A DNA stretch of 64,000 bases, taken from assembly GCA_951406725.2 (NCBI GenBank), contig OX597814.1, positions 7,130,001 to 7,194,000 on the forward strand. The letters run 5' to 3'. This stretch comes from Octopus vulgaris. Taxonomy: Eukaryota. The notes under the pieces are model-generated. The model saw nothing but the letters and a program-made list of their open reading frames with translations. It ran no database searches and had not been told where the DNA came from. Numbering within the stretch: position 1 is the first letter of the stretch; the number at the start of each line of letters is the position of its first letter. Shown piece by piece: positions 26,251 through 38,074 of the stretch. The position numbers were made by a program, and so were the translations under genes.

Positions 26251-27868
26251 GCCATGCCTTCATTAGAAATGCTAATGTTTCTGAAGTAACAAAGCTTCAC
26301 AGACTCCCCAGAATCGTAGTATACCATTATTTCTCATAATGCAAAAGCGGGTTATTTTGTGGAAGCTTTTCAAACGTATAATTTTCTTCAGTCTGCGTTG
26401 GTTCAGATATACAATGAAATTATCACAATTTTATATTTAAACATTTTATACGTGGTTGCACTTATCTATTTATTTATTTTTTTTTTTTCTGAATTTGACT
26501 GAAAGTAGGTTTGTTAATGATTCTATGAAGACTCTTCTTTCAATTTCAAGCTGGTTAATAGTAATGACTGCTTGATGGTTTGATATAGGAGCAAATAGTC
26601 TGCAAAGCCATCACATTCATTTTAGGCAAAAAAGATATTCCTGGAGCTAGGTTTAAGATACCAAAAGAATAATAATAAACTGATTTCTTTTCACATCAAA
26701 ATCTGACACTTTAAAATCGTTATTCTCATCTTCAATTAAATCAATATTTGTTTCCTTTTCTCTTCATAAGATATTGTTGATAGAATTAAGTAAAGCTTCC
26801 AATAAAACTTAGTAAAATTCAATTCAAAGTGTAATCAGCTGTTGCTTTAAGAATATCCATCTATTGTTTGGGATACAGTAAACCATGAAGGAACTAATCT
26901 TGTAGACATCAAGGATAGAAACTTAACTGAAATTAAAATACAGAGGTAGAACTCTCTAAACAGCCTTTGTTGGTAGAGCCATGTTATAATCCATGCATCT
27001 TTATCTAAAGTAAACTGAATACTTCTGAATGATTCCAAGAATTATATTTATCCTGGAAGTTAAATTACAGTAAAGAGTTAATGGAGAACTCCTGTCAGGC
27101 ATCAGTTTGTATCATTATAATGGTGAAGCAGAACCTATACTTCTAAAGATATCATTGGTAGTAATTATATTGGTTATACTTCCTTTAGTTAGTATCAAAT
27201 GTGTTTTGCTTTGACTTATCATTCATGAGATTTGAGAATCAACTAATCTTGATAAACTAACGAAGTTTAAACAGATTATTGTAACTAAGAGTTATTTAAT
27301 AGACTTTTGTCAGTCTTTTGGAGAAGTTATTCAGGAAAATATCAATTTCAAATAAGTCTGATTATATTCTTCATTATTCGATATTTCTAAAAGATTCTGT
27401 CGACAAATGTTGTGGATCAAGTTTCCTGACTTTGTTCTTCGAAAGGTCAAAGTTTAGAAGAAAAGATCAAAAGTGGGAGAGAATGGAAGACATTAGTGAC
27501 CTCTTGTCATTGGAATTTTGCTATCAACAAGAATGATAGCCAAGTCATTGGAAAGCAATTGATAGAAGATGATCAAAGATTCTATTATTGATGATAGGTA
27601 ACTCAGTCTGGCTCTGAAGATCAGCAGTTATTGTGTGCAATAACAATGTTGGTGGAACGGCTTCCAAAGGCTGGACTTCATTAGATGTGTGATTAACAAA
27701 GAGGCCAATGATAAATGCCGATGGAAACAGAACTATATAAATCACCACCATTTTAAAATATGAATCGATTCATTAAAACAAATTGATAGTTCACAGATTT
27801 ACACCTACATATATTAGTGCGTTAATAGGACACTAGGACACCTCATTCTAGAATTGTTCTATTACATA

Positions 27869-28247
27869 CTAGCAGTATCGCCCGGCGTTGCTCGGGTTTG
27901 TAAGGGAAATAACTATATAAGCATTTTTAGAGATGTAAAGTATAATAGCCATCTCTATATGGCTAACCACAAAGGGGGTGTTACTGTAGCTTTTTACGTT
28001 CTGAGATTTAATGATACATTTTTAGAGAGTTACTTCCCTTATATAATAGCAAAAAATGCATTAAAAATGGGAAAAATTGATGGTAAATTTTTTTTTAAAT
28101 CGTAGACTCATGCTAATACCCAGAAGGGCTCGATATGAATCACGACTACAAGATACCCGCTTTTGGTTACACTGCACCGCAAAATGTGGGAGTAAGGAAT
28201 TTAAATCGTAGGAGACAGACACACAACCTCACTTTTATATATAAAGA
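27869..28247 (-). mobile_element. Non-autonomous Helitron
   Basis: Minus strand 5' A|TCTTTATATATAAAAG; 3' hairpin CCCGAGCAACGCCGGG, 8 nt, then CTAG|T; inserted between A and T without a TSD. Confidence 0.88.
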
Positions 28248-28258
28248 TATGTATACAT

Positions 28259-28986
28259 AGGCGCAGGGGTAGCTGTGTGGTAAGAAGCTTGCTTCCCCAC
28301 TACATGGTTCCAGGTTCAGTCCCACTGTGTAGCACCTTGAGTGTCTTCTACTATAGCTTCAGGCTGACCAAAGCCATGTGGGTGAATTTGGTAGTTGGAA
28401 ACTGAAAGAAGCCCATCGTATATATATATATACAATAATGGAGGCCAAATTTGGCATTACTGAGTAAGAGAACTTGATAGAAGACTTATTGCAAATGCTG
28501 TAGTATTTATGACCCTCTGTATTTTAATTTCAGTTAAGTTTCTATCCTTGATGTCTACAAGATTAGTTCCTTCATGGGCAATTTTCTTACTCTAAGAGTA
28601 AAACGTGGGGGGGGCATATTACTTCTCTTATTCTAGAACATGAGTTCAGGTTTTACTTATCTCCTCACTACCACTATTTCATTTCCTATACCTATATACA
28701 TGTATGTATATGTAGGTATATATCTATGTGCGTGTGCCTTTGTGTCTGTATTCCCCCCACACACAAACACACACACATTATCACTTGACAAGCAGTGTTG
28801 GAGTATTTATGTCCCTGTAACTTAGCAGTTCAGCAAATGAGACTGATAGAATTAGTACTAGACTCTAAAAATAGTCCTTGGGTCAATTTGTTCAATTAGG
28901 AGGTGCTCCAGCAAGGTGGCACTCCAATAAGGTGGTGCTCCAGCATGGCCACAGTCAATTGACTGAAACACGTAAAAGAATAAAAG
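28259..28986 (+). mobile_element. SINE family B split by a ~260 bp insertion in its internal microsatellite
   Basis: 5' half 28259-28430, 3' half ~28700-28986. Confidence 0.8.
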
Positions 28987-28997
28987 AATATCTCTAT

Positions 28998-29547
28998 ATC
29001 ATCATCATCATCATCATCATTTAACGTCTGTTTCCCAGGCTGGTATGGGTCGGATGGTTTCACCTGGACTGGCAAGCTGGAACGTTGCACCAGACTCCAG
29101 TCTGATTTGCCAATCTTCTCTATGGCTGAATGCCCTTCCTAATACCAACCACTCCAAGGGTGTAATGGGTGCTTTTACTTGCCACTGGCACAGGTGCCAC
29201 TTGCATGACACCAGTATCTACCATGACTGTGATTTTGCTCAGCTTGGTGGGTTTTCTTCTCAAGCATGACGGCTCAACAGCAGCTGATCCAACAATTTGA
29301 TACCTCTGTAATTATTTCTACCTAAGGCATCTACTTTACCTTTTTAGCAGTTGACTACAGTGCTACTACACCTGCCATTGGATAAGACTCCTTCATGTAC
29401 CCCCTGATTAACTATACAAATGACTAAACAATAACCCACATCGCCAAATATTTTAAGCATCTCAATGGTGATTCTTGATGGGTTGACGGCTTTCCCTGGC
29501 TTCATATCCTTAATTGCTTTATCTACCAAGGAACTGTCAATTCGGTA
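28998..29547 (-). mobile_element. RTE 3' tail plus RTE RT fragment
   Basis: Tail 28998-29268; 29270-29547 encodes SSLVDKAIKDMKPGKA, as at 61260-61520. Confidence 0.8.
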
Positions 29548-29905
29548 GAGCACTACCTTTCATTGAGCAAATCGACCCCAGGACTTATTTTTTGTAAACC
29601 TAGTACTTATTCTATTGGTCTCTTTTTACCAAACTGCTAAGTTATGGGGACGTAAACACACCAGCATTGGTTGTCAAGCGATGTTGAGGGACACAAGCAC
29701 AAACACACACACACGCATAAACATATATATATATTTTTTTACGACAGGCTTCTTTCAGTTTCCATCTCCCAAATCCACTCACAAGGCTTTGGTCAGCCTG
29801 AGGCTATAGTAGAAGACACTTGTCCAAGTTGCCATGCAGTGGGACTGAACCCAGAATCATGTGGTTGGTAAGCAAGCTACTTATCACACAGCCACTCCTG
29901 AGCCT
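29548..29905 (-). mobile_element. SINE family B
   Basis: Matches 6330-6687. Confidence 0.88.
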
Positions 29906-29909
29906 ATAG

Positions 29910-29951
<42 letters not shown>

Positions 29952-30244
29952 TTAAATATAAATTACAAAATGGGACAAGAATGCAAAAACACACAAAGAG
30001 AAGATACAAAAAAACAGACGGGTCATTCGAAACCTCTAATCTTCAGTCAGGAACCGGATCATCTTAGCAATTTCGGCTGATTAATCCTGATATCACTCCG
30101 ATCCGGCCAGCCCCAAAGAAAAACTAAGCTACGGGCATTATATATATATATATATATATATGAATTGTTAAAAAGGACAACAAATGTTATGGCAAAGTAA
30201 ATCTCAAGTCATATACATTATTATTATTGGAAAAAAAATTCAAA

Positions 30245-30300
30245 GTCTTACACCTGTTTTTGAGATATCCCAGAATATGGGATATTCCGTCATCAGAGAC
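30245..30300 (-). ncRNA. Degenerate hammerhead (G12 lost)
   Basis: Minus: GUCU-CUGAUGA..AAAA-CAGGUG-UA-AGAC. Confidence 0.55.
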
Positions 30301-30338
30301 AAATAGGGAAAACTATACCCTTCTCATTTTCCCTATTT

Positions 30339-30394
30339 GTCTCTGATGACAGAATATCCCATACTCTGGGATACCCCAGAAACAGCTGTAAGAC
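30339..30394 (+). ncRNA. Minimal type-I hammerhead ribozyme
   Basis: GUCU-CUGAUGA-(stem II containing UAUCCCA/UGGGAUA)-GAAA-CAGCUG-UA-AGAC; base of stem II mismatched. Confidence 0.78.
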
Positions 30395-30641
30395 TGAACT
30401 TTTTTTTTTCCAGTAATAATAATGTATATGCCTTGAGATATTTGCCTTGCCTTAACCTTTGTTGTTCTCTTTAACAATTATATCCACTATATCAGAAAAC
30501 TGCAATGATTCCATAATTACCATCTTGGAGCCCTAGTAATCCATTACAGTACTTACCTAGCGTACCTGTGCACCTAGTCACTTAAATCATCTGTGAACTA
30601 AACCCCCATATTTTGTATACATATATATGTGTGTGTGTGTC

Positions 30642-31068
30642 TGTAAAAAGCACCATCCATTCGTGGCCGTCGCCAGCCTCGCCTGCCCCCCATGCTGGTG
30701 GCATGTAAAAAGCACCATCCATTCGTGGCTGTTGCCAGCGCCGCCCCAACTGGCCTCCGTGCCGGTGGCACGTAAAAGCACCATCCATTCGTGTCCGTTG
30801 CCAGCCTCGCCTGGCCCCCGTGCCGGTGGCATGTAAAAGCACCATCCGTTCATGGCCGTTTGCCAACTCCGTCTGGCTCCTGTGCGGGTGGCACGTAAAA
30901 AGCACCCACTACACTCGCGGAGTGCTTGGCGTTAGGAAGGGCATCCAGCTGTAGAAACACTGCCATATCAGACTGGGCCTGATGCAGCCTTCTGGCTTCA
31001 CAGACCCCAGTTGAACTGTCCAACCCATGCTAGCATGGAAAATGGACACTAAATGATGATGATGATGA

Positions 31069-31071
<3 letters not shown>
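30642..31071 (+). mobile_element. RTE 3' UTR with 4+ tandem ~60 bp structured units and (GAT)n tail
   Basis: Repeated GTGCCGGTGGCACGTAAAAGCACC units. Confidence 0.88.
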
Positions 31072-31118
<47 letters not shown>

Positions 31119-31126
31119 GTGTATGT

Positions 31127-31612
31127 GTGGCATGTAAAAAGCACCCACTACACTCTTAGAGTGGTAGGCATTAGGAAGGGCGTCCAGCTATAGAAATTAT
31201 GTCAAATCAGATTGGAAACCAGTCAGCTCCCAAGCTTACCAGTTTCCAGTCAGACCATCCAATCCATGCTAGCATGGAAAATGGACATTAGATGCTGCTG
31301 CTGCTACTGATGATGATGATGATATATATATATATATATATCATCATCATCATCATCATCATCGTTTAACGTCTGTTCTCCATGCTAGCATGGGTTGGAC
31401 GGTTCGACCGGGGATCTGGGAAGCCAGAAGGCTGCACCAGGCTCCAGTCTTATCTGGCAATGTTTCTACAGCTGGATGCCCTTCCTAACGCCAACCACTC
31501 CGTGAGTGTAGTGGGTGCTTTTTACGTACCACCAGACCAGGGATCCTGGCTGGTTCAATTCGATTTCGATTTCGCTTTCGCTTGCCCCAACATGTCTTCG
31601 CAAGCAAAGGGG
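31127..31612. mobile_element. Two RTE tails in tail-to-tail orientation (31127-31323 +, 31341-31612 -)
   Basis: (GAT)n-(TA)n-(CAT)n junction. Confidence 0.85.
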
Positions 31613-32412
31613 TAATATATATATATACCCATGCTAGCATGGAAAACGGACGCTAAACGACGATGATGATGATGATGAAACCCAGTTGTCTCAACATAAA
31701 TCATTATTATCATTCAATCTGTGGACACGATTCAGTCATGTGATGTTTTTCACACCCACAATAATAGGATTATCTAAGTTTATACTGATTCATCCAAAAA
31801 GGAAAAGCACACAATGGACTCTTCCAGGTGATGTAGATATACTTCGACTCATTGTTGAAGACTGACTCTTCTGTTTTTTGCCTTAGCACACATACTGTGA
31901 AAATGTGACAAGTGGCACTATGCAAATTACTGTCCATACAATAACAAAAAAAAACAAAACTAGACTTCCCAAAAGTCTAAATTGATTACTGATAAGGTAG
32001 AGCTCAGTGTCTCATACCAACAGCATGTTGGAAACCCTTAAAATAGGACTACTCCATCAAATTTATGAATGTCCAGTCAAAATAGAAAATCAGTTGAGCA
32101 CAACAGGTAAACACTCAGAATGAAATTCATTCATATACCAACCCTATTCATCTTTTAATGAAAGGAGAGATAAGACAACCCCAGTTGTCTCAACGTAAAA
32201 CATTGTTTATTGTCATCCAATCAGTGGACACAATTCGATCATGTGATATTTTTTCCCACCTACAATTGTAGGATTATTTAAGCTTACATTGATTCATCCG
32301 AAACGGAAAATCCCATCATGAACTCTACCAGGTGTTGTAGATATACATTGACTCATTGTTGTGGATTGACTCTTCTGTTTTTTGGCCTTAACACATTTAC
32401 TGTTCATGTCTA

Positions 32413-32707
32413 CTCCTGTGCAGGTGGCACCATAAAGAAACACCATTTCGAGAGTGGCCGTAGCTAGTACCACTAGACTGGCCCTCATGCAGGTGGCATG
32501 TAAAACCACCCACTGCATTCTTAGAGTGGTTGGTGTTAGGAAGGGCATCCAGCTGTGGAAGCTCTGCCAGATCAGATTGGAGCCTGGTGCAGCCATCTGG
32601 TTTGTCAGTCCTCAGTCAAATCGTCCAACCCATGCTAGCAAGGAAAGCGGACGTTAAATGATGAGGATGATATATATATATATACACACACACTTTGATG
32701 ATGACGA

Positions 32708-32743
<36 letters not shown>

Positions 32744-33141
32744 TGTGCTTGAGGAGCCCTATTGAATCAAGTACATCAACATCAAAAAATCAAATGGAAA
32801 TTGTAGTTGGGATCCCTGTGCCGGTGGCACTTAAAATGCACCATCCGAATGTGGCCGATGCCAGTGCCGCCTTGGCTGGCTTCTGTGCCAGTGGCACGTA
32901 AAAAGCACCAACCGATCGTGGCCGTTGCCAGCCTCTCCTGACACCTGTCCCGGTGGTACGTAAAATGCACTCACTACACTCACGGAGTGGTTGGCGTTAG
33001 GAAGGGCATCCAGCTGTAGAAACACTGCCAGATCAGACTGGAGCCTGGTGCAGCCTCCTGACTTCCCAGACCCCGGCCAAACCGTCCAACCCGTGCGAGC
33101 ATGGAAAACGGACATTAAACGATGATGATGATGATGATGAT
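32413..33141 (+). mobile_element. Two tandem RTE 3' UTR/tail copies (32413-32670, 32742-33141)
   Basis: Same tail motifs; the second begins with the ORF-end-like CTGTGCTTGAGGAG. Confidence 0.85.
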
Positions 33142-33308
33142 CTGCATTATGGGAAATTTAAGTTACAATTCACCACTTCACTTTCGAATTGCTGCAATAT
33201 TTAGTTCCTTCATTTTGTAAAGTTATATTCTGAGTACAGTATTATCTGTATTACTTTATCACATACACATACAATGAGAATGAAGGCTCAACAATATACC
33301 ACATTGGT

Positions 33309-33423
33309 ATATAAATATTCTTTATACACCAACAAGGCTACCAATGGTTTCATGTGAAGAGAGAGATCTCTTTACATGAAGCCGTTGGTAGCCTTGTTAC
33401 TCCACAAATAAAGAATGTTTATA
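33309..33423. repeat. Fold-back hairpin containing hammerhead 3' halves
   Basis: AACAAGGCTACCAATGGTTTCATGTGAAGAG / CTCTTTACATGAAGCCGTTGGTAGCCTTGTT; minus strand reads GAAA-CCAUUGG-UA-GCC. Confidence 0.7.
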
Positions 33424-33753
33424 AACATATTGCTTTAATGAAACTGAAAACCTTGACAAACTGTTTCTTTGAGTTTCATGGAACCAATCCTTGCATAGAT
33501 GCACACAACTAAATTTTTGAAACAAATGTTTACAAATGGTGTAAATGAGCATTTTTTGGCAAACAGCCAATAAATATTTAAAGCTGATTGGACAGGTTGA
33601 GATTATGCCATATTAAAATTAATGGAATCTATTGAATGATATGATTTGTTGTTGAAGTGGAACAGCAAAAACATTAATAACTGAAATAAAGTTGAATAAA
33701 AAGAAAAAAGGCTTCTATGCTTTGTTGTTGGGAAATTGTTGTAATATTTGCAA

Positions 33754-34143
33754 AGTAGAGGCGCAATGGCCCAGTGGTTAGGGCAGCGGATTCGCAGTCA
33801 TAGGATCGCAGTTTCAATTCCCAGACCAGGCGTTGTGAGTGTTTATTGAGCGAAAACACCTAAAGCTTCACGAGGCTCCTGCAGGGGGTGGTGATGAACC
33901 CTGCTGTACTCTTTCACTACAACTTTCTCTCACTCTTTCTTCCTGTTTCTGTTGTACCTGTATTTCAAAGGGCCAGCCTTGTCACACTCTGTGTCACGCT
34001 GAATCTCCTCGAGAACTATGTTAAGTGTACATGTGTCTGTGGAGTGCTCAGCCACTTGCACGTTAATTCCACAAGCAAGCTGTTCCGTTGATCGGATCAG
34101 CTGGGACCCTCATCGTCGTAACCGACGGAGTGCTCCTTTTTTT
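33754..34143 (+). mobile_element. SINE family A
   Basis: Matches 304-693; TSD TAATATTTGCAA at 33742 and 34144. Confidence 0.9.
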
Positions 34144-34759
34144 TAATATTTGCAACCAAGGAAAAACTGAGGCAAAAATCAGTTTTAAATTTGAGAAACA
34201 TTGATGAAGAAAGTCTATAAATATAAAAAAGATTAAACGATTCAATGAATAAAAGAAATGATAGAATGAGTATCACAGATGAAAAGATGAATGAGCTTGG
34301 TGGGAGGGAAAAGGATTGAAAAGCAGTTTGGTAAGGAAAGGAGGAGGCATTGCTAGGGAGTGACATAGTAAAAGAAGGGAGAGAGAGAGAGAGAGAGAGA
34401 TAGGAGAGCTTAGCTGAGCTTTGATAATGAAGATTAATACTTCAAGTAGAGAGGAGAAAGAAATAGAATAAAACTCCTTATGCAGATTAAGAGATTAAAG
34501 AAGTTGGCTTAAACCTGGGAATATACCAGAGTATCCGTTGGCTTACTGCAACCGAGCTCCTTGCTGAAGGAACAGCATCAAACTGTGGTTGGGAAATTGC
34601 AAATTACCAACTAAATCAAGAATATCATTCTTTATTCTTAAGATTGTTTTACGTCTTAACTCACAATGTCCTCTTATTTATAGACAGAATTATATCCTTT
34701 GAACCAAAATAATTTCCCATTGAACATTGCTAAACAAGAAGCTAATCTTGGACGTGTTT

Positions 34760-35095
34760 TAATTGTTGCAGTCATTGGTCTGCCATGCTGGAGCATAATC
34801 AAGTAACTTACCTCTCAGAACTTTTTTTTTTTTAAAGCCTGGTATGTATTTTATCTATTTCTTTTTCCAAACCACTAAGTTATGGGGATATAAATAAACT
34901 AACACCAACCGTGAAGTGGGGGTGGGGGACAAACACAACAAAAACACTCATACATAGATAAATGATGCACCCATTCATATCCTAGCAAATCCACTCACAA
35001 GGCTTTGGTGGATTGGCCCAGCTTTTATAATTGAAAGCATTTGCTCAAGGCGTTATGTCATGGGACTGAACCCAAGAGCATATGGCTGAGAAGCC
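34760..35095 (-). mobile_element. Old degenerate SINE family B
   Basis: CCATGCTGGAGCA, AAATCCACTCACAAGGCTTTGG and GGGACTGAACCC remnants. Confidence 0.7.
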
Positions 35096-36337
35096 TTTGC
35101 CTAATTCCTTAGATGTTTACAATAAGTTACACTAAAGTGTGTTGAAACCAAGGAATCCGCCACGGAGCCTATGGAGCTGACTTCTATGGTTGAACTTTCA
35201 ATTGTCTTCATTATTTGAAATTTTTATTCTGTTTAGTAAATCTTGTCATAATACATCACTGATTATGCAGGGTCTGTAGTAACTTTCCAATAAATGGCTG
35301 CTTTCAAAATGCAAGCTAAACTTTTGAATCAAATGTCAAACTAATAATGGAGGAAGGCCTGTATTACAGAAACTGTTTCTCCGTTTGTACATTCTGTCAA
35401 ACTGTATATGACAGACTATGACACAATGAATTACTTCCAGAATCTAAGGACTGGTTAAAGATCATGCAGATCAATAACTAAACTTAAAACCACACATGAG
35501 CTATTCATATTGATCAATAGGTCAGTGGGGAGGGGTTAAATAAGTTTAAGAAATGTTTGAAATTAAGGAATGCTAATTTTTCTTAAATATAAAGGTTTTT
35601 TTAGTTGAGGAAATATCAATAAAAACAAGTAAAGAACAATGACAAAAACCCCCCAGTCTGAAGTGAGGGAAATGTTTGGGGTGGGGGTTGAATGAAAGGG
35701 AGCAGCATGCATAACCCTTTGCTGTTGTAACAGGAGGAAGAAACTGTAACCTGTGAGTTGCTATAGTAACCCATGAAGTGAAATTTTACCCTGCCTTGAA
35801 ACTTACAAAAGAGTAGTCTTTATTAAAGATACCCCCAAGGGCCAGATTATGGGGTAAAACAGATTAAGTGTGCCATCAGATAGAGTTCCTCACATGGACT
35901 TCTGCCCAGGCTTCTGTTGTCCCCTCCTTTACCTCACAGGTTGAAGGTCAGCAGGCTTCCATGATAGCTTACTGAATTCAGAACCATTTGATTACAAAAT
36001 TATTTTATTAACAACATAGCTACATCTTGTATCTATTCCTAAGCAAAAGTAATTGTGAATTAGTTTTTCCCCATTTGTGTTTAGTGGAAGAATTATTCTT
36101 CTACTTTGCTTTCTGCATTCTCAAGAAGATGTTTCTTTTATTCCTTTTTCTCTGATAGAGAAGCAGCACTCGTGGTATTTTCCTGACAACATTTGAAACA
36201 ATAAACTGAAAAGTTACAAGTTAACATAGAACAGACAGTGAATGTTTAAATATTTAAGGAATTTCCAAAATATAGAATTCCTTCATTGAAAGACATCTCC
36301 AGATGTACATCCTTGTTGTTACTTATTGATTTTTCAG

Positions 36338-36394
36338 GCATTGATTACTTGGAAATAGATAAACTTAACGAGTTATTTGAAGCTTTTCACACAG
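36338..36394 (+). other. Candidate 57 bp internal coding exon (phase 1-1), (G)IDYLEIDKLNELFEAFHT
   Basis: TTTTTCAG acceptor, CAG|GTAAAT donor, open symmetric frame, repeat-free context; no homology support. Confidence 0.3.
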
Positions 36395-37634
36395 GTAAAT
36401 TTTTAATATTCTTCTATCAAAAATAACTGCAGCTATTGAAATTCTTTTGATTTTCAATGTTTTCGAAATGATTATTTTTATTTGCTTATTGTTCAGTGTT
36501 TGTTGAATTCTTTTTAATTCAGCATTTCCATTTTGGAATAAGTCTTCTCATCACAATCTTTTTGGTTTTTATTTTTACTTGTTTTATTGTACTTCAAGTT
36601 TTTGAATTCTTAATTTCCTTCTTTTTTAACAAAAACTATTTTTCCAACACATCTGTTACGCTAAAAGGAATTTCCAAATGCATCTGTTTTTAACTTTGTC
36701 CATTTCCTTCAATGGAAGATTCAGCAATTATTTTTTTTTCCCTAATTCTGTTGTTTAACCTTTTAAAATCCTGAACTTTTAGATGCAGCTGGAATTTTCT
36801 CTCAACAAAAAAAAAATTGAAAAACACCAAAAATTTAGGAAGTTCTAACTTTTATATGCGAATGTACATTATTTACTTCTATCATGATTCTACAAGAAAC
36901 CATGGCATTGGAAATGTTATTCAAAGATTGCAAATGAAAATTTCTGTTTTATAGGGAAAATTTTTTAGGTGGAACTGGTTTCTTGATGGTCAAAATCTCA
37001 CTGAACTTTATGCTCCATATTGATCAACATTGATTGAATAAATTCTAGAAGATAAAATGGTAAAAATAAATATATTTGACTTTTGACTATCCCCCACTTC
37101 CCCATTCCTCCATCACCTATATCTTCTAACCCTTCCTTCCCTCCAAGTGGGGAGCAATTACACTATGGCAGCCTTTACATGCCCACCCCCATGACTCACC
37201 TGACCCTTGGAGTAGATACCTTGAGGATATACCCTGGCCTCTCCTCAACTCTCTACTTTCACATTTACAGTGTGGAGTAGCATTGTATCTCCTCATACTC
37301 CACCTCTTCATCCTCCCTCCTCGTTACCCTCATCACTACCCCCTACACCTTACCTTTCTCCCCCATTACCCCGCTTCCATCTTATCTTCCCTTCACACAC
37401 CACTTTACCCACCCATATGTAATATTGGGTAGCACTACATCTCCACCTCCACCCACCCCCACTCTGCACCCCCTCTCACTAACCCTAACCCCCTTGACAC
37501 TTTTATGTCGATGGTGGGGGGGTAGGATATATCCTGAAGGTAACTGGTGTAAAAGAGTATAGTGGCAGATCTGAAAGACTGTAAACGAAATAGCTTGTCT
37601 TAATATTAACTGACTCCATAGCTCCATAATACAT

Positions 37635-38074
37635 CTTTGATAACATCCAGGTTTCTGAGCCATATAGTAGAATTGGTTCAACTGTGGCTTTGAAAATTTT
37701 TAAGCTTGAGAGGCGGTTGGATGGAACTTACATTCGCCTCCTTATGAGGGCTCAAAATCTCTCGTGGAAACAGCATGCAACCAAAGTACGAATATATGGG
37801 AAACTACCACCTGTATCATCTCTTGAGAAAGGTAGAAAAATCCAGTTTGCTGGACATTGTTGTAGAGCTGAAAACGAAGTAATTTCTACTCTTCTCCTCT
37901 GGAAGCCATCTGCTCGCAATACCAGAGGGTGCACATTCTCCTACCCTGATGTAATCTCCAGGGATACAGGCATCCAGCAACAGGACCTCCGTAATGCTAT
38001 GATCAACCGTGAAGTCTGACATAACATAGTAAATTCCATTGTCTCGACCACGGTCGAACAATGATGATGATGAT
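37635..38074 (+). mobile_element. Second RTE-type LINE 3' end with 5' inversion
   Basis: 37702-38019 KLERRLDGTY..QFAGHC..LLLWKP with (GAT)n tail; 37635-37704 inverted encodes KIFKATVEPILLYGSETWMLSK. Confidence 0.85.

Larger units (their letters stand above)
30162..30480. repeat. ~150 bp-arm inverted repeat (Penelope-like pLTR) with paired hammerheads
   Basis: 30162-30312 is the reverse complement of 30327-30480; short central spacer. Confidence 0.85.

Noticed and set aside
29950-30140. Possible hammerhead (GGCUG..CAGCC-GAAA-UUGC-UA on the minus strand)
   Set aside because: No CUGANGA core before stem II; probably a pLTR-like repeat, but a ribozyme is not supportable
30642-30910. CRISPR-like repeat-spacer appearance
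   Set aside because: The spacers are homologous to each other, the array is a LINE 3' UTR, the DNA is eukaryotic and there are no cas genes
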